Source: Diadema antillarum
Lineage: Eukaryota
DNA: 64,000 nt
Direction of reading: 5' to 3'
Assembly: GCF_040938485.1 (NCBI RefSeq)
Contig: NW_027271005.1
Location: forward strand, 1-64,000
Below the pieces are notes generated by a model. That model ran no database searches and was not told where the DNA came from. It saw only the letters and a program-made list of their open reading frames with translations. Below are positions 24,218-35,293 of the stretch, piece after piece (position 1 is the first letter of the stretch; each line of letters begins with the position of its first letter). Both the position numbers and the translations under genes were made by a program.

Positions 24218-24530
24218 GTTACTGTAGACTGTTGCGCGTGTTGGGCATCTTACATGCGGAAAGACTTGTCAGAACCTCCGAGGGACAGCAGTGGCACTGT
24301 TAATGCGATGGTATTCTGTTACCATAAAAGAACGCTGCTGCGGTGTGAACTGAGGCCTCTCTATCTTTGGTTGTCAGTCCAAGACTCCAAGATGAATGAG
24401 GACTGAGTAACAACTTACAGCTCTTAATTTATTCTTAATATATCATGACCAAGTGACACACTGTTACACACTTTTAGTTTTTTAACATCATTGACTTTGA
24501 ATAAAAACCTCCACCCCACATTGAACATCT

Positions 24531-24757
24531 CATTGATTTACTTAATACCCAGGTAGGGATTATGTAACATTGAATATTCAATTATGGATCATCAAAAAAA
24601 AAAAAAAAAGAATGTCAGAGATGTCAGCTATTTATTCTTCAGGTCAATGGGTAACCTGAATAATAAGTAGCCAGTAGCTGTGACATTCCTTTTTTAACAA
24701 AATGTATTTGAATAATGAATTTACATTATCCCCATCTGGTTATTAAGTAAATCAATG
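24531..24757. mobile_element. Small MITE nested in the mariner element
   Basis: CATTGATTTACTTAATA (24531-24547) is inverse to TATTAAGTAAATCAATG (24741-24757); similarity extends further inward. Confidence 0.55.
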
Positions 24758-25462
24758 TGCTATTCTACCAGTACTAATCTGAAAATAACTGCAATGTGGG
24801 GCGAAGGTTTTCATTCAAGTCACAGATGTAAGAAATAAGGGTGTGTAACATGGAAATTGCAACATGTACCATCACCTCATCCTGACTCACATGAACACAC
24901 CACTGAGTCTACCAGGGAATTTTGCAATGCTACAATATAATAAATGCAACTGTGGTTTACTCATGCATAAATGTTTGGTTGAATGAACCATAAAATTCAC
25001 TCAGCAAACCCAAACTGATCGCAATTGATCATAAATTTATCATATCAACTTCAGTTTTGTTAGCTCTAATGGACTCGCCTGTCGCAAATTTAAAAGGCTA
25101 ATTCCTGCGAGCAGTGCTCATTCAAGCATTAATTATTTTGAGACTTTTTGGTGTCATATGAAAGTTGAGTCCATAAGCTATCCATACATGTAAACCTTTT
25201 TCTCCAGAATCATATATTTCTTATTCGGCAGCCATTCCAAGAGTGTATAGGGTTTTTTTGAGACACATAGTATATGATCCTATAGACCCCTTTGTATGTC
25301 AGGCTATGTAAAATGGCCCTCTCAGTTGCAGATAAAACTACTGTAGTGGTGGCCAACTCACTCATAAGGTGAAGAAAGAATATGGCAATGATGCTTACCT
25401 GACTGGGAATGATGACACTCCTTGGCTCAGGTAGAATTATCGATCGCCCAGGGCCCAAAGAA

Positions 25463-25617
25463 TGTATGGATCTGGTTCCTTTGGGCGCATAGTTCTTTCT
25501 CCTCGATGTAGAGCATGTGCGCGCCCTCGGAAACCAAGGGCAGTCCGTCGGTCGTCGAGTCGGTCCGAGTCAGTCCAAGTCAGGCCGAAGTCGCTCCCCA
25601 CTACACTCTTCCCCATC
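25463..25617 (-). mobile_element. Candidate polypurine tract plus start of a 3' LTR
   Basis: The minus strand reads ATGGGGAAGAG|TGTAGTGGGG (PPT 25606-25614, TG at 25605), with a possible ..ATACA end at 25463. No partner LTR is present in the window. Confidence 0.4.
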
Positions 25618-25935
25618 GCATCGAAGCTTCCTGGTGGGGATGTGAGTCCCCAAGGTAGGCTCCACCCCGGTAAATGCAACCAAATTGGAAAGAAATAAGG
25701 GGATAGAAAGTCATGAGGGATATCGTCTATATCCCTCAGTCGGAGAGCCTATGCCTATCAAACTAAATAAACCGTCAAAAAATATAAATCTTCAAAATAT
25801 AAATGAGATAATTGACCCCCTATGATCAATTGCCCTAATAAAATAATTGCGTCCTCGATGAGGATATAAAAGTAACCCAAAATAAATTGCAAAAATTAAT
25901 GAATGCATAATAAATGCACTCTATTTCCTCCAACC

Positions 25936-27615
25936 TCACTCCCCCTCCGCGATGCGAAGGGAGTACAGCCGAGCAGCATTCTGAGCTGTGGCTGTACACA
26001 CCTCCCTCACCGTCTGGCCGCGGATCCTCGTGACCAGATTGACCGTCTCACCTAAATAGGCGGACGTGTTCCGCTTTCCCTTTGCCGACGGGGGTGGCAT
26101 GTATGGGGCATCCGTTTCCAGCAGAAGGCGGTTCAAGGGAACTACCTGCAGTCCCCGCTTCTACAGCTCCCCGAAGACTTCTACCATGGCTGTAAAGCCA
26201 AAGTAGGTCTGGGGAAAGTGGCACAACCAGTCCTTCACCACATTTGGACTGGTGGTGGTGCAGTGGACATGGATCCGCTGCGCCTTCCCACAATGTTGCT
26301 GGAAATAGTCCCGGCACATACTGTGGACAGTCAACCCCATGGGGTCATTTCGACTCCCCCGCAGATGTACCACCAACACCTTCTGAGAGATGTGGGGCAG
26401 GGAGAGGATGTTCTGGAGGAGCTCGATCTGATCCTGAATGGTCTAGTCCGACCTCGCTCACTCTGACAACTGCTGGATCTTTAAGCAGTTCCCCGACTTG
26501 ACTGACAGTGGCCTGGGACACCTCTGAGGCATGCTTGGGATGGATGCCCACTGCCACCCGCCAATTTAGACGATCAGGAAAGGCGATGAACTCAAACCGT
26601 GAGGGATCACAATAATTGATGACCCCCTCGGCCACCTCCACACTCACCTGGGGTTTCTGCCCTGTGATGGTCGTAAGGCATTGTAACCCCTTCTGGCCCA
26701 GGCTATGCTCAAGGCGGTCAAGATGGGCATGGGAATCCACCACTCGCAAAGGGGCAGTATTTCCCTTCGCCAAACCCCTCCCGGAACGCTGAGGACTGGA
26801 TTTGCCCTTCAATTGCCTGAGAGGGAGGACCTTGCTGGTCAGCTGGGATCCTTGAGATGGTGAGCTGCCCAGCTGTTTGACCACCTTTTGCAGGATCTGG
26901 CGGGTACGCTCCCTGGCCATGGTAGAGGGAGATGGGACCATGCTGGCGGAAGCTTGCTCGCTGTCCACTGGTCCAGTTCTGGAGGTCAAACGCGAGGATG
27001 TGGGAGGACCCTTGGTCTTAACATCCTCACCTTCCAGTGGGGTTGAGGGTAGAAGAGTAGTGCTCTGGGGCGTGCTCCAGACCACTCTGCTCCTGATTGC
27101 TGGGAGGGGGCAGAGGTCCTGCAGGGACCGTAGGACTTGATAGTGAAGAGATTTCCATTGGCTCTTCTGCAGGCTCTCCCCTTGTGGTCTGGTCCCGAGC
27201 CCCCGGCTGATTTAATGGGCAAACTCCTGAGGTGGCTGTATCCCTCACCCCGTTAGCGGCACCAGGATTGTCAGCCCATGCAGAGGCTGCTGGAAGAGCA
27301 TCCGCCTCCGCTCCGCCCTCTAAGGGAGGGGCACCCTGAGCTGCTGGGACATCCTGTGTGCGGGCTGCAAAGGCTGTCCTTTGGGCAGCTGACAACCTGT
27401 TAAACAGGAATGCCAGGACCCTGGGGTGAAGGAGGCACGCAGGGGAATTGAGTGGCCTGACCGTGAACCGGGGCTTTTCCGGCAAGCCCATATGCGCACA
27501 CACAGCTCGAAACTCCGCCGCCAGCTCCTCCGAGACCGATCCGCATTCTGATCGCCACATTCTGTTGACGAAACGGACCAGCCCATTGATGGTGCCACCC
27601 CACTGCCTTCCCAGA
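25936..27615 (-). pseudogene. Intronless TatD-family nuclease ORF with an N-terminal unknown domain and low-complexity linker (at least two frameshifts, one premature stop)
   Basis: All TatD motifs occur in order: VDSHAHLD, AVGIHP, VSEVGLD, LVVHLR, IHVHC, LNRLLLETDAPY, T.QNAARLY. The segment is visibly more GC-rich than its flanks. Confidence 0.85.
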
Positions 27616-27619
27616 ACAC

Positions 27620-28850
27620 AGCTTCTGTGTCTTTCATTTCAGCTGTTCGTTTTGAACGAAGTGAGGCTATTCTCTTTCTTTCTTTGTCTCTTTCTTTTTC
27701 TTTCATTTCAAGTGTTCGTTCTGCACGGCTAGATGCTCTCCTTGTTCAGTCTTTCTCTGCTTCTGTTTCTTTCATTTCAGCTGTTTGTTTTGATCGAAGC
27801 AAGGCTAGTTCTTTTTCTCTCTTTCTCCTTTTCCATGTCTTTTATTTCTGCAGGCTTCTTTTTCCGAGCTTCCATTTTTCTCAATCTGTCTCTTTCTTTA
27901 ACCGTTTGCTTTTGTTCAAGTGATTGTTTCATGCGATATTCAGCTTTCTTTTGTGTCTCTTTGCTTCTTTCCTCTTCTTTTCTCCTCTTTCTAGCACCTG
28001 ATGGTTCCTCGTCTTCACTCATCTTTCTTCGTCTGAATTCCTCCTTGCGTTTTTTTATGCCTCCGCCACGAAGTGGTGCCGGAGGCATTATTTTCTTCAT
28101 TTTGCTTTTATGACTGGTCTGCAAAATACCCAAATAATAGATTCTTTGGCTGAGTGCGAGTTGAAAGAATGGGTAACAAGGTTGATGGTGTCACCTCGAA
28201 TAAGTCATTGGGAATGCCCAGACTAGTTGCCAATTGTTTGACATGGTTGACTACCTCATGGATCAATAGAAATGAAAGAAGAAGTGCTTTGCCACCTTCG
28301 CTCAACATTCCCTCATCATCCCGACTGTGGCTGTCGAAAATGAAGTACTTTGATGATTTCTGGAAGAGTCCAATCGTGTAGCTTGGTGTATGCATGCCTA
28401 TGGTGATAAATGCTATTTGATGATGGAGCACTCCTTGTACAATGGCATCACGGAGGGTGTATTGCCCGCTGTCTGTATCTGTTTGTGCTGTGTGAATGGT
28501 ACCTGCCATTGGATTCCCTCTTTTTAATCGATAAGTATTCAGATGTGTACTGTTGAATTCTGGCAGTTCAGTGATCATCAAATGTGTCATTGAGCTCTCT
28601 GCTGTTAGTTTACTGTACATCCTGGCTCCATATTGAAGAACATTATTGATGTCTCTGTTTGTCCATGATACAGGATTTTGTTCTTTTGCACGGAGAAGAA
28701 ACTGTAGGAGATTGCATGTGCATTGATTTCCAGCCGCATCACCATAAATGGCATTGCCTTGGTTGTAGTCAGCTCTTGCAACAGTTCTTTTAGTTTGTCT
28801 TGCCACTGTGGCCTGGTGCTTGGAGCTCTCATCTTGTTTTTACTCCTACC
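27620..28850 (-). pseudogene. Helitron-type ORF fragment: viral-tegument-like deubiquitinase (VTD / peptidase C76-like) followed by 23-aa charged (STPR-like) repeats
   Basis: Cys box YNQGNAIYGDAAGNQCTCN and His box YFIFDSHSRD..G...GKA; downstream 69-bp repeats encode EKERDKERKRIASLRSKRTAEMK-type units. Confidence 0.75.
28057..28088 (+). repeat. Solo 5' hairpin of HINE family A
   Basis: ATGCCTCCGCCACGAAGTGGTGCCGGAGGCAT is nearly identical to 5262-5293 and sits between T-runs. Confidence 0.75.
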
Positions 28851-29882
28851 AATCAAAGAAAAACAATGTAAAATAAATTAAATTCATAAGAAAAAAATTT
28901 TTTATCAATACTTGTTTTACAAGACATGTAAAATTTGTATTAAAGTTTTAAAGTAAAAAATATGCTACAGTATTTCACTTAGGTATATTTCTTATTATCA
29001 TACAAAAATAAAGTATTTAATTTTAAATTCAGTATGATGTTTGTATGTTACATTTGTACTGTTCAGCAATTTCAGTCTGGTTTCTGTGAAGTTCTTGTAA
29101 TAATACAGGTTACGCGAGGCATTACTTCACTGAGTTGGGGCTGTGCGTACAGTAAATAAACAAAAAATTGATTATCTTATTTCTTTAAAATATGGAATAA
29201 AACATTTAAATGAATGAAATAAAACATTTATCTAAATCAAAGCTCCACACTTACTTTTTTGGTGATGACCCGTTCGGGCCACCAAATTCATCAAATTGTA
29301 TTTTTTGTGGCCCAAGAGTGGAAAGTGGTGGCCCGGAACAAAGAAAAACCTATAGTTTATGTACATTATTTTAAAAATTTGGGTTGCCTGATCGGGCCAC
29401 CAGATTGACCAGAATCAACATTTTATTCAAATCTGGTGGCTCGAAGCCAAGTTTTGGTTGTCCTGGACCACCGGGACACTGCTATTGTAGAGCCTGTTTT
29501 AATACTTATTTTTAATACATATGAAGTTCACATTAAGATTTAAAGTGAAAAATATTATTTCACTTCAGTATATTTCTCATTCTCATACCAAAATTAAGTA
29601 TTTAATTCTAGATTCAGTATGATGTTTGTATGTTACACAAGGCATTACTTCATGGGGGTATGCAGTATGTTTCAATGATTCTTGTGATACTACATGTACA
29701 TACCTATTACAAGTATTCTGGATTCCTTTTTCTGCCGCTGAAGGAAGCTTGCATGACCTGTAGTTTTCAATCTGTGTTTTCACGACTTGCCATTAAATGT
29801 TCTTTCCCATTTGTAGCATAGCCTAGTCACAAAACAAATGAAATACTGTAATGTAATGTGCTAATTCATGTAACCAGTACAA

Positions 29883-30103
29883 AGGGCTCAAAATTATTTT
29901 TTTTTTCTTGGGGGGGGGGGGGGATAGAAAAAATTTCCAAAAGTGTTCCCATTTTGTTTTGCTCCCCCTAAACAATAAAAGTCATAAAAATGAGAGTTGA
30001 ATTGACTGACCTACTTAGGCCAGTTGACTGACATTGTGGTTGAATCTGGATGTGTGCCTGGCCATTACCTTGGCTAGCCATGGACTTGTTAATTTTGAGC
30101 CCT
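29883..30103. mobile_element. MITE with 14-bp TIRs (hAT-like AGGGCTC termini)
   Basis: AGGGCTCAAAATTA / TAATTTTGAGCCCT; no clear TSD. Confidence 0.55.
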
Positions 30104-30233
30104 TCTTAGACATTATTTTATGGGTTAAACCCATAAAATAATGTTTACATCTATTGCACCTTGATCCTTTAGCCATACTACTGACTACCTAATGATATAC
30201 TGATTTAAGTCATTTTACTTTGAGATAGTAGTA

Positions 30234-30788
30234 CAGTATTCATCGCATAATCGGGACAGGTTGGGAGTAGCAAACACGGCCCCTTTAAGCGAGGTGCCCG
30301 ATTTCGCAATGAGCACTCACCATACAGTAACGGCATACGACATGTACAATTGTACATGTAGTGCACACACACACACACACACATGCATACTGACGTACTG
30401 TGCATGTACACAACCACGCTACCCCTCGGCGCGACCCTCTAGCTCATTCACAACTGAGGAAGATTGTGACGTACGCACAGATCACAGTGTATTGAAAGTT
30501 GAAACACTCAGAGACGAGGAATTTGGACTTTGCCCTCAAAGTGTATGACTGAGATTAAACAACGTTCACACTGTTTGATCACAGCCTGAGTTTTGTGAGC
30601 GAGGCATGTTTTTTAAACACATGTATCAACAAAATCAAAGATCGCTTGAAGAAAAATCATTCCGTTTATCAGAGGTCCCCGCCCGATTATCCAGTGAAAA
30701 TAACGTGCATTGGAAATGTTTCTGGGAAGCGTATGTCACTTAAGCGAGGTTCTTGATTATCATATGCCCGATAATGCGATGAATACTG
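30234..30788. mobile_element. Tc1/mariner-type MITE
   Basis: TA|CAGTATTCATCGCATAATCGGG ... CCCGATAATGCGATGAATACTG|TA. Confidence 0.85.
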
Positions 30789-30974
30789 TAGTATGTTACC
30801 AGCACCACGACGGGGACGCGGATCAAGTTGTCAAGCCATGTGCAACATGCTTTTATCATTTGTTAAGAGCTATTGCACATAGCTTGACAGGTGCCATGTG
30901 TTTTTTTTTTAATATTATTATACATTTCATTCAACGAAACATTCCAGCAAAAAAGTCATACATAAATACAGATA

Positions 30975-31567
30975 CAGTCAAACCTGCCTTAGCGGCCACC
31001 TCTCTATAGCGGCCACCTGTCTATAGCGGCCATTGAAAAATCCCCCCGAGAGAAAAGCCATGTTAAAGACCCTGTGTATAGCGGCCACCTCTCTAACGCG
31101 GCCAGCGGCCACAAATTTTGTTTCCCGCGGTAGATTTTAACCTGTCTATAGCGGCCAAAAACCCGATGGAGCCGTAGCCGAGCCGATAATTCAGCGTGTT
31201 TTTCTGCTTTTTAGCCGTGCCAGTCATTCCCGGGCAACGTTCAGTGATTGCCAAAGCTGCATTCATCACTCATTCAGTCACAGTAATGCACTAGTGTTAA
31301 GCTTTCTTCACGATTATGCACATGCTACATGTACTGTGCACCAATTTCATAAACACCGGCATTGTGTTATGCATGATACACACGTGTGCATACGTACACA
31401 CAATATGATATGTACATTGTATGTAAGTATTTATAGATGTATACAATGATGATACATGCATGTAAGCAATGCACACAAAGTTGGATTACCTGTCTATAGC
31501 GGCCACCTGTCTATAACGGCCACTTTTTACGTATCCCTTGGGTGGCCGCTATAGACAGGTTTGACTG
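30975..31567. mobile_element. Tc1/mariner (pogo/Tigger-like) MITE with repeated TATAGCGGCCAC subterminal motifs
   Basis: TA|CAGTCAAACCTG ... CAGGTTTGACTG|TA. Confidence 0.85.
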
Positions 31568-31920
31568 TATATGCATACTGAAGTTATGAGAAATCTCCTG
31601 ATTGTTTGTGATACTGTCAATACCTTTTTGACATTAGCAAAATTGATTTTGAAACAGGTTGCCCAATATATATAGTAATAGAAATCCATAATATATGTCA
31701 GTATTTGTCAGTTCCCTGATTATTACTTAAGGAGTTCTACAATGCAGGGTTCTTATTCATTTTTTTTTTCAATATGACTGATTTACATGTATTAAGTAAT
31801 AAGTATTAATTTTGCCTTTGTTTGTAGTAGAGATTCCCATAACTCTACATCATTCAAACAGATTTCTGATCTATACCTGGACATTGTATTGAAGTAAATA
31901 TTCCTTTCTGGAAATTGATA

Positions 31921-32405
31921 CAGTGGAGCCCCATTACAACGAGGTTGGATGTATCAAGGCCCTTTTATGATGAGGTACTGTATGAGCTGTTATTTTCGTG
32001 ATGATTTTATTTTCGTGAATTTCGCGAGCATTCTGCTGATCACGAAAATATCATCCCATCATACCACATGTACAAAATGATGACAAAGTGCATTCAAGGC
32101 TGGCCATCCGGCCTGTATGGTATGTAAACATGCATACATTTGCATTGCTAGTAATGACAGTGACCCACTGCTGCGATCACCACTACTCCATGTACTGTTT
32201 CATAGTACTAGTACCCGTGTACCAGTTGCAAATTTAACAACGTGCGAAAATGCCTCTGATACCGGATTCCAAAAAAATAACTGAACACGAAAAGATTGAC
32301 TTATACAGTGTATTGCTGGTCCCTTTTTGTCATTTTCATTTTAACCCTGGTACAATGGGGTCAATACAATTATAAATCAGTCCTTGTTATGATGCAGTTC
32401 CACTG
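31921..32405. mobile_element. Degenerate TA-flanked MITE with a nested second MITE (~31976-32310)
   Basis: TACAGTGGAGCCCCATTACAACGAGG versus CCTTGTTATGATGCAGTTCCACTGTA; the inner element has TTTTCGTGA/CACGAAAA motifs. Confidence 0.5.
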
Positions 32406-32499
32406 TATTGTACATTACATGTACACTGTATACATACACTCAAATATAAAAGCATATATATAAAGTAGGGCTTTGACATACATGATTAACACATAAAAA

Positions 32500-33200
32500 C
32501 TATTATATCCCTCATGTAAAGCTTCTTGCCATAGGATTGTACAGAGCACGAACATGGTGTAGTTTTACTAGCTAGCTACGAGCAGCTGGATGCGGTGCAA
32601 TTGGTTACTAGCCAGCGGGATATAGTACTTTTGGGAATCCACGATTTGCACCCATCGTGATCGTGTGATCGATATCTACATTTCTCACTTAAGAATGTAC
32701 GCAGTGCGCGTAGTAGCGATACTTTTGAGCGACAGTCCTGTGGCTTGTAGCTAGCTAGCTAGCGCTAAGAGAGCGCGCGGTGTGATGTGCGACAGCATTA
32801 CAGAAATCTGTGTGGTGCGATGGCGTGGCCGGTCGGTGTGTAACGTGTGGACGTGTGATACGTGATCAATGCATTCAGCTCAATTGACAAAGTGACTGCT
32901 TCCAGTAACGGAAGAATGATCGCAGGAGGACACCATATCAGGTACGAATTAGGAATAAACTAAAACCGATTTTGAAGATGATCTGGGTAACGAAGCCGCT
33001 TTAGGCCTACTTCTAACGTAGTCCTGGACCTCGATCTTTCGGAGTTTTGCACGCTGTAGTGTAGCTCGTGTGTAGGAATCAACAACAGCGCAGCGGTGTC
33101 GTTCGCTACGCGCTGCACGCACTGCTGCTGCACTGCTACAGCCTAACGTTAGATTTATCGTTCACGAAACCTGCACACTTTTCCAAAAGGGAACCGTCAT
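32500..33200. promoter_or_regulatory. CpG-rich promoter-like region with a candidate first-exon donor CAG|GTACGA at ~32941
   Basis: Marked local CpG enrichment relative to the AT-rich flanks; composition similar to the regions upstream of HEMK1 and kish-B. Confidence 0.4.
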
Positions 33201-33226
33201 TACTCTAGTAAAATGCTCGAGAGGGA

Positions 33227-33399
33227 TATAAAACAAATATCGACTGCTTTCTTTCGGGCCATGGTAAAACTATTTGACCTCGGTGATGTCTCAACAGTGC
33301 CATGTCCCTCGACTTCGTCTCGGGACATAGCACTGTTGAGACATCACCTCGGTGCAAATAGTTTTACCATCTCCCTCTGCAGCAGTCGATATTTGTATA
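33227..33399. mobile_element. Fold-back (palindromic) miniature element
   Basis: CAAATATCGACTGCT / AGCAGTCGATATTTG and ATGGTAAAACTATTTG..GGTGATGTCTCAACAGTGC / GCACTGTTGAGACATCACC..CAAATAGTTTTACCAT. Confidence 0.75.
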
Positions 33400-34430
33400 C
33401 TAATCTATGATGCATGAGAAATAAATGTTGCATTTTAACTAGGTTATAAAAATCTCTTCCATAATAAACCTGACTGTTCACAATTAAGGAATATATTGAT
33501 CCTTTCATGTAAATCATTTTCAAATTAGCACAGAGGATTATTACACAATTTCCATTTGTATACACTATCAATACATGTTAGGTCTTGGGTCATATAAAAA
33601 TCCAAAATTAAATTCTGCAAATTTGTTTTATCTAATTTTGTTTCAGTTAAATATGTCACTTTCCAATTTTTCACTTTGCTCTTTGTTAAAATGTCTTCTC
33701 TTTTGTACCATTCTCTGAGTTTTTATTGTTCAATGGTAGGATATCATGCCATAAAACAGAAGGTTTACCTTGAAAGGGGGGGGGGGGGTCCATTATACTG
33801 GCCCCTACCTTTGCTCTAATAAGGCCTTAAATACCACAGTATTTAATAGAAGAACAAAATGGCTGTGAAAAACATGCGAGTCAAATTAACATGATTATAG
33901 GATATGGAAATTAGACTTCAAGTCTTCTAAAAATCTGTTTTAAATTATCAAAATGTTATCAAAATTGATAACATGAAAAGAAGTGTAGTAAAATCTTGTT
34001 TTATTCGATAGAAACATGGATGACTTTTCCATATAATCTCAATGTGTACACTTATCCATATAGATACTCATTTTTATTTACACCATAGTTTAGAAGGCCT
34101 GTAACTATTTTTTCAGTGCTATTTAGATCTTGATAGGCACAAGTAAAGCAAAACAAAAAGTAACCCCTGGTCTTAGAAGAAATAAATCTGCTTATATAAT
34201 CAGTCCTTGGGGGCATCTTTTTCAACTTCTTCTGTATCACTCCATTCAAAAAGACTCCTTTGGGACGCATTCAGTTCATCCTATACCTCCTTCATTTCAT
34301 TCTCTTTTTCTTTGACTGTGTTCTGCTCTTTCTGCTCTTTACTCAAATTGAAATTTTCCTGCGCAAGGGAACAGTTTTTTCTTCTAAGTTGTTTTATGGC
34401 TGATGTTACCTTCAGGAGTTCGTCCTCCAT

Positions 34431-35293
34431 TTTTATACCCCCGCCAAACAAAGTTTGAAGGGGGTATATAGGAATCAGCGGACGGTCGGGCGGTCGGTCA
34501 GGCGGGCGGTCGGGCGGTCGGTCGGGCGGTCGGGTGGTCGGTCCGTTGCAAATCTTGCGTCGCGAACTACTTCCTCAGTTTTCAACCGATTCCCATAAAA
34601 CTTGGCACAGATGTGTGCCTTGGGTTGTAGATGTGCAAGACATATTTTTTGACAGTACCCAAAAGTACGTTGCCATGGTAACGGCATATTATGGGCAAAA
34701 ATGGGTACAAATCTTGCGTCGCGAACTCCTCCCACAGTTTTTGATCAATTTTTATGAAATTAGGTACAGATGTTCATCTGAATATGTTAATGTGCAAGAC
34801 ACATATTTCCGCAGTGGCAAAAAGTGCGTTGCCATGGTAACGGCATGTTATTGGTAAAATATAGGGCAAAATGCTTCGTGGCAAAACTGCTTCATCAGTG
34901 TTCTTCCAATTCTCATGGAATTCATATTGAATGTTTGTCTTAGGATATAGGTCAGCATGACACATTTCTTGACAGTGTCAAAAAGTATGTTGCCATGGTA
35001 ACAGCTCACATATTATGAGCCAAAATGATGGAAAATTTTGTGTTGCAAACTACTTCCTCAGTTTTTGCCCAATTTCCATGAAACTTGGTACAGATGTGTG
35101 CCTTTGGTTGTAGATGTGCAAGACGCATTTTTCGACAGTACCCGAAAGTACGTTGCCATGGTAACGGCATATTAATGGCAGAAGATCAAGGAAAGATCTT
35201 GCGGATTTAACTACTTCCTCAGTTTTTTGACCAAAGCTTATGAAATGTTGTTTGGCGGGGGTATAACCAGTCGCTGTAGCGACATTTCTAGTT
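34431..35293 (+). mobile_element. DINE-1/HINE-like element, family B, with ~160-bp internal tandem modules
   Basis: Perfect 16-bp subTIRs TATACCCCCGCCAAAC (34434-34449) / GTTTGGCGGGGGTATA (35250-35265); 5' hairpin; (GGTC/GGGC)n microsatellite; 3' stem-loop GTCGC-tgta-GCGAC, then ATTTCTAGTT. Confidence 0.85.

Larger units (their letters stand above)
22131..25270 (-). mobile_element. Tc1/mariner DNA transposon with long imperfect inverted termini and TA flanks
   Basis: TA|CCGTGTGTCTCAAAGAAAGGCTATACAC versus GTGTATAGGGTTTTTTTGAGACACATAG|TA; inverted similarity extends over roughly 22131-22663 and 24890-25270. Confidence 0.85.

Noticed and set aside
27627-28113. Phe/Ser/Leu-rich membrane-protein-like ORFs on the + strand
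   Set aside because: Antisense shadows of the Lys/Glu/Arg-rich repeats.
27320-28850. A single VTD-STPR-TatD fusion protein
   Set aside because: Base composition changes abruptly at ~27620 and the frames do not join cleanly; more likely two unrelated elements juxtaposed by deletion or insertion.
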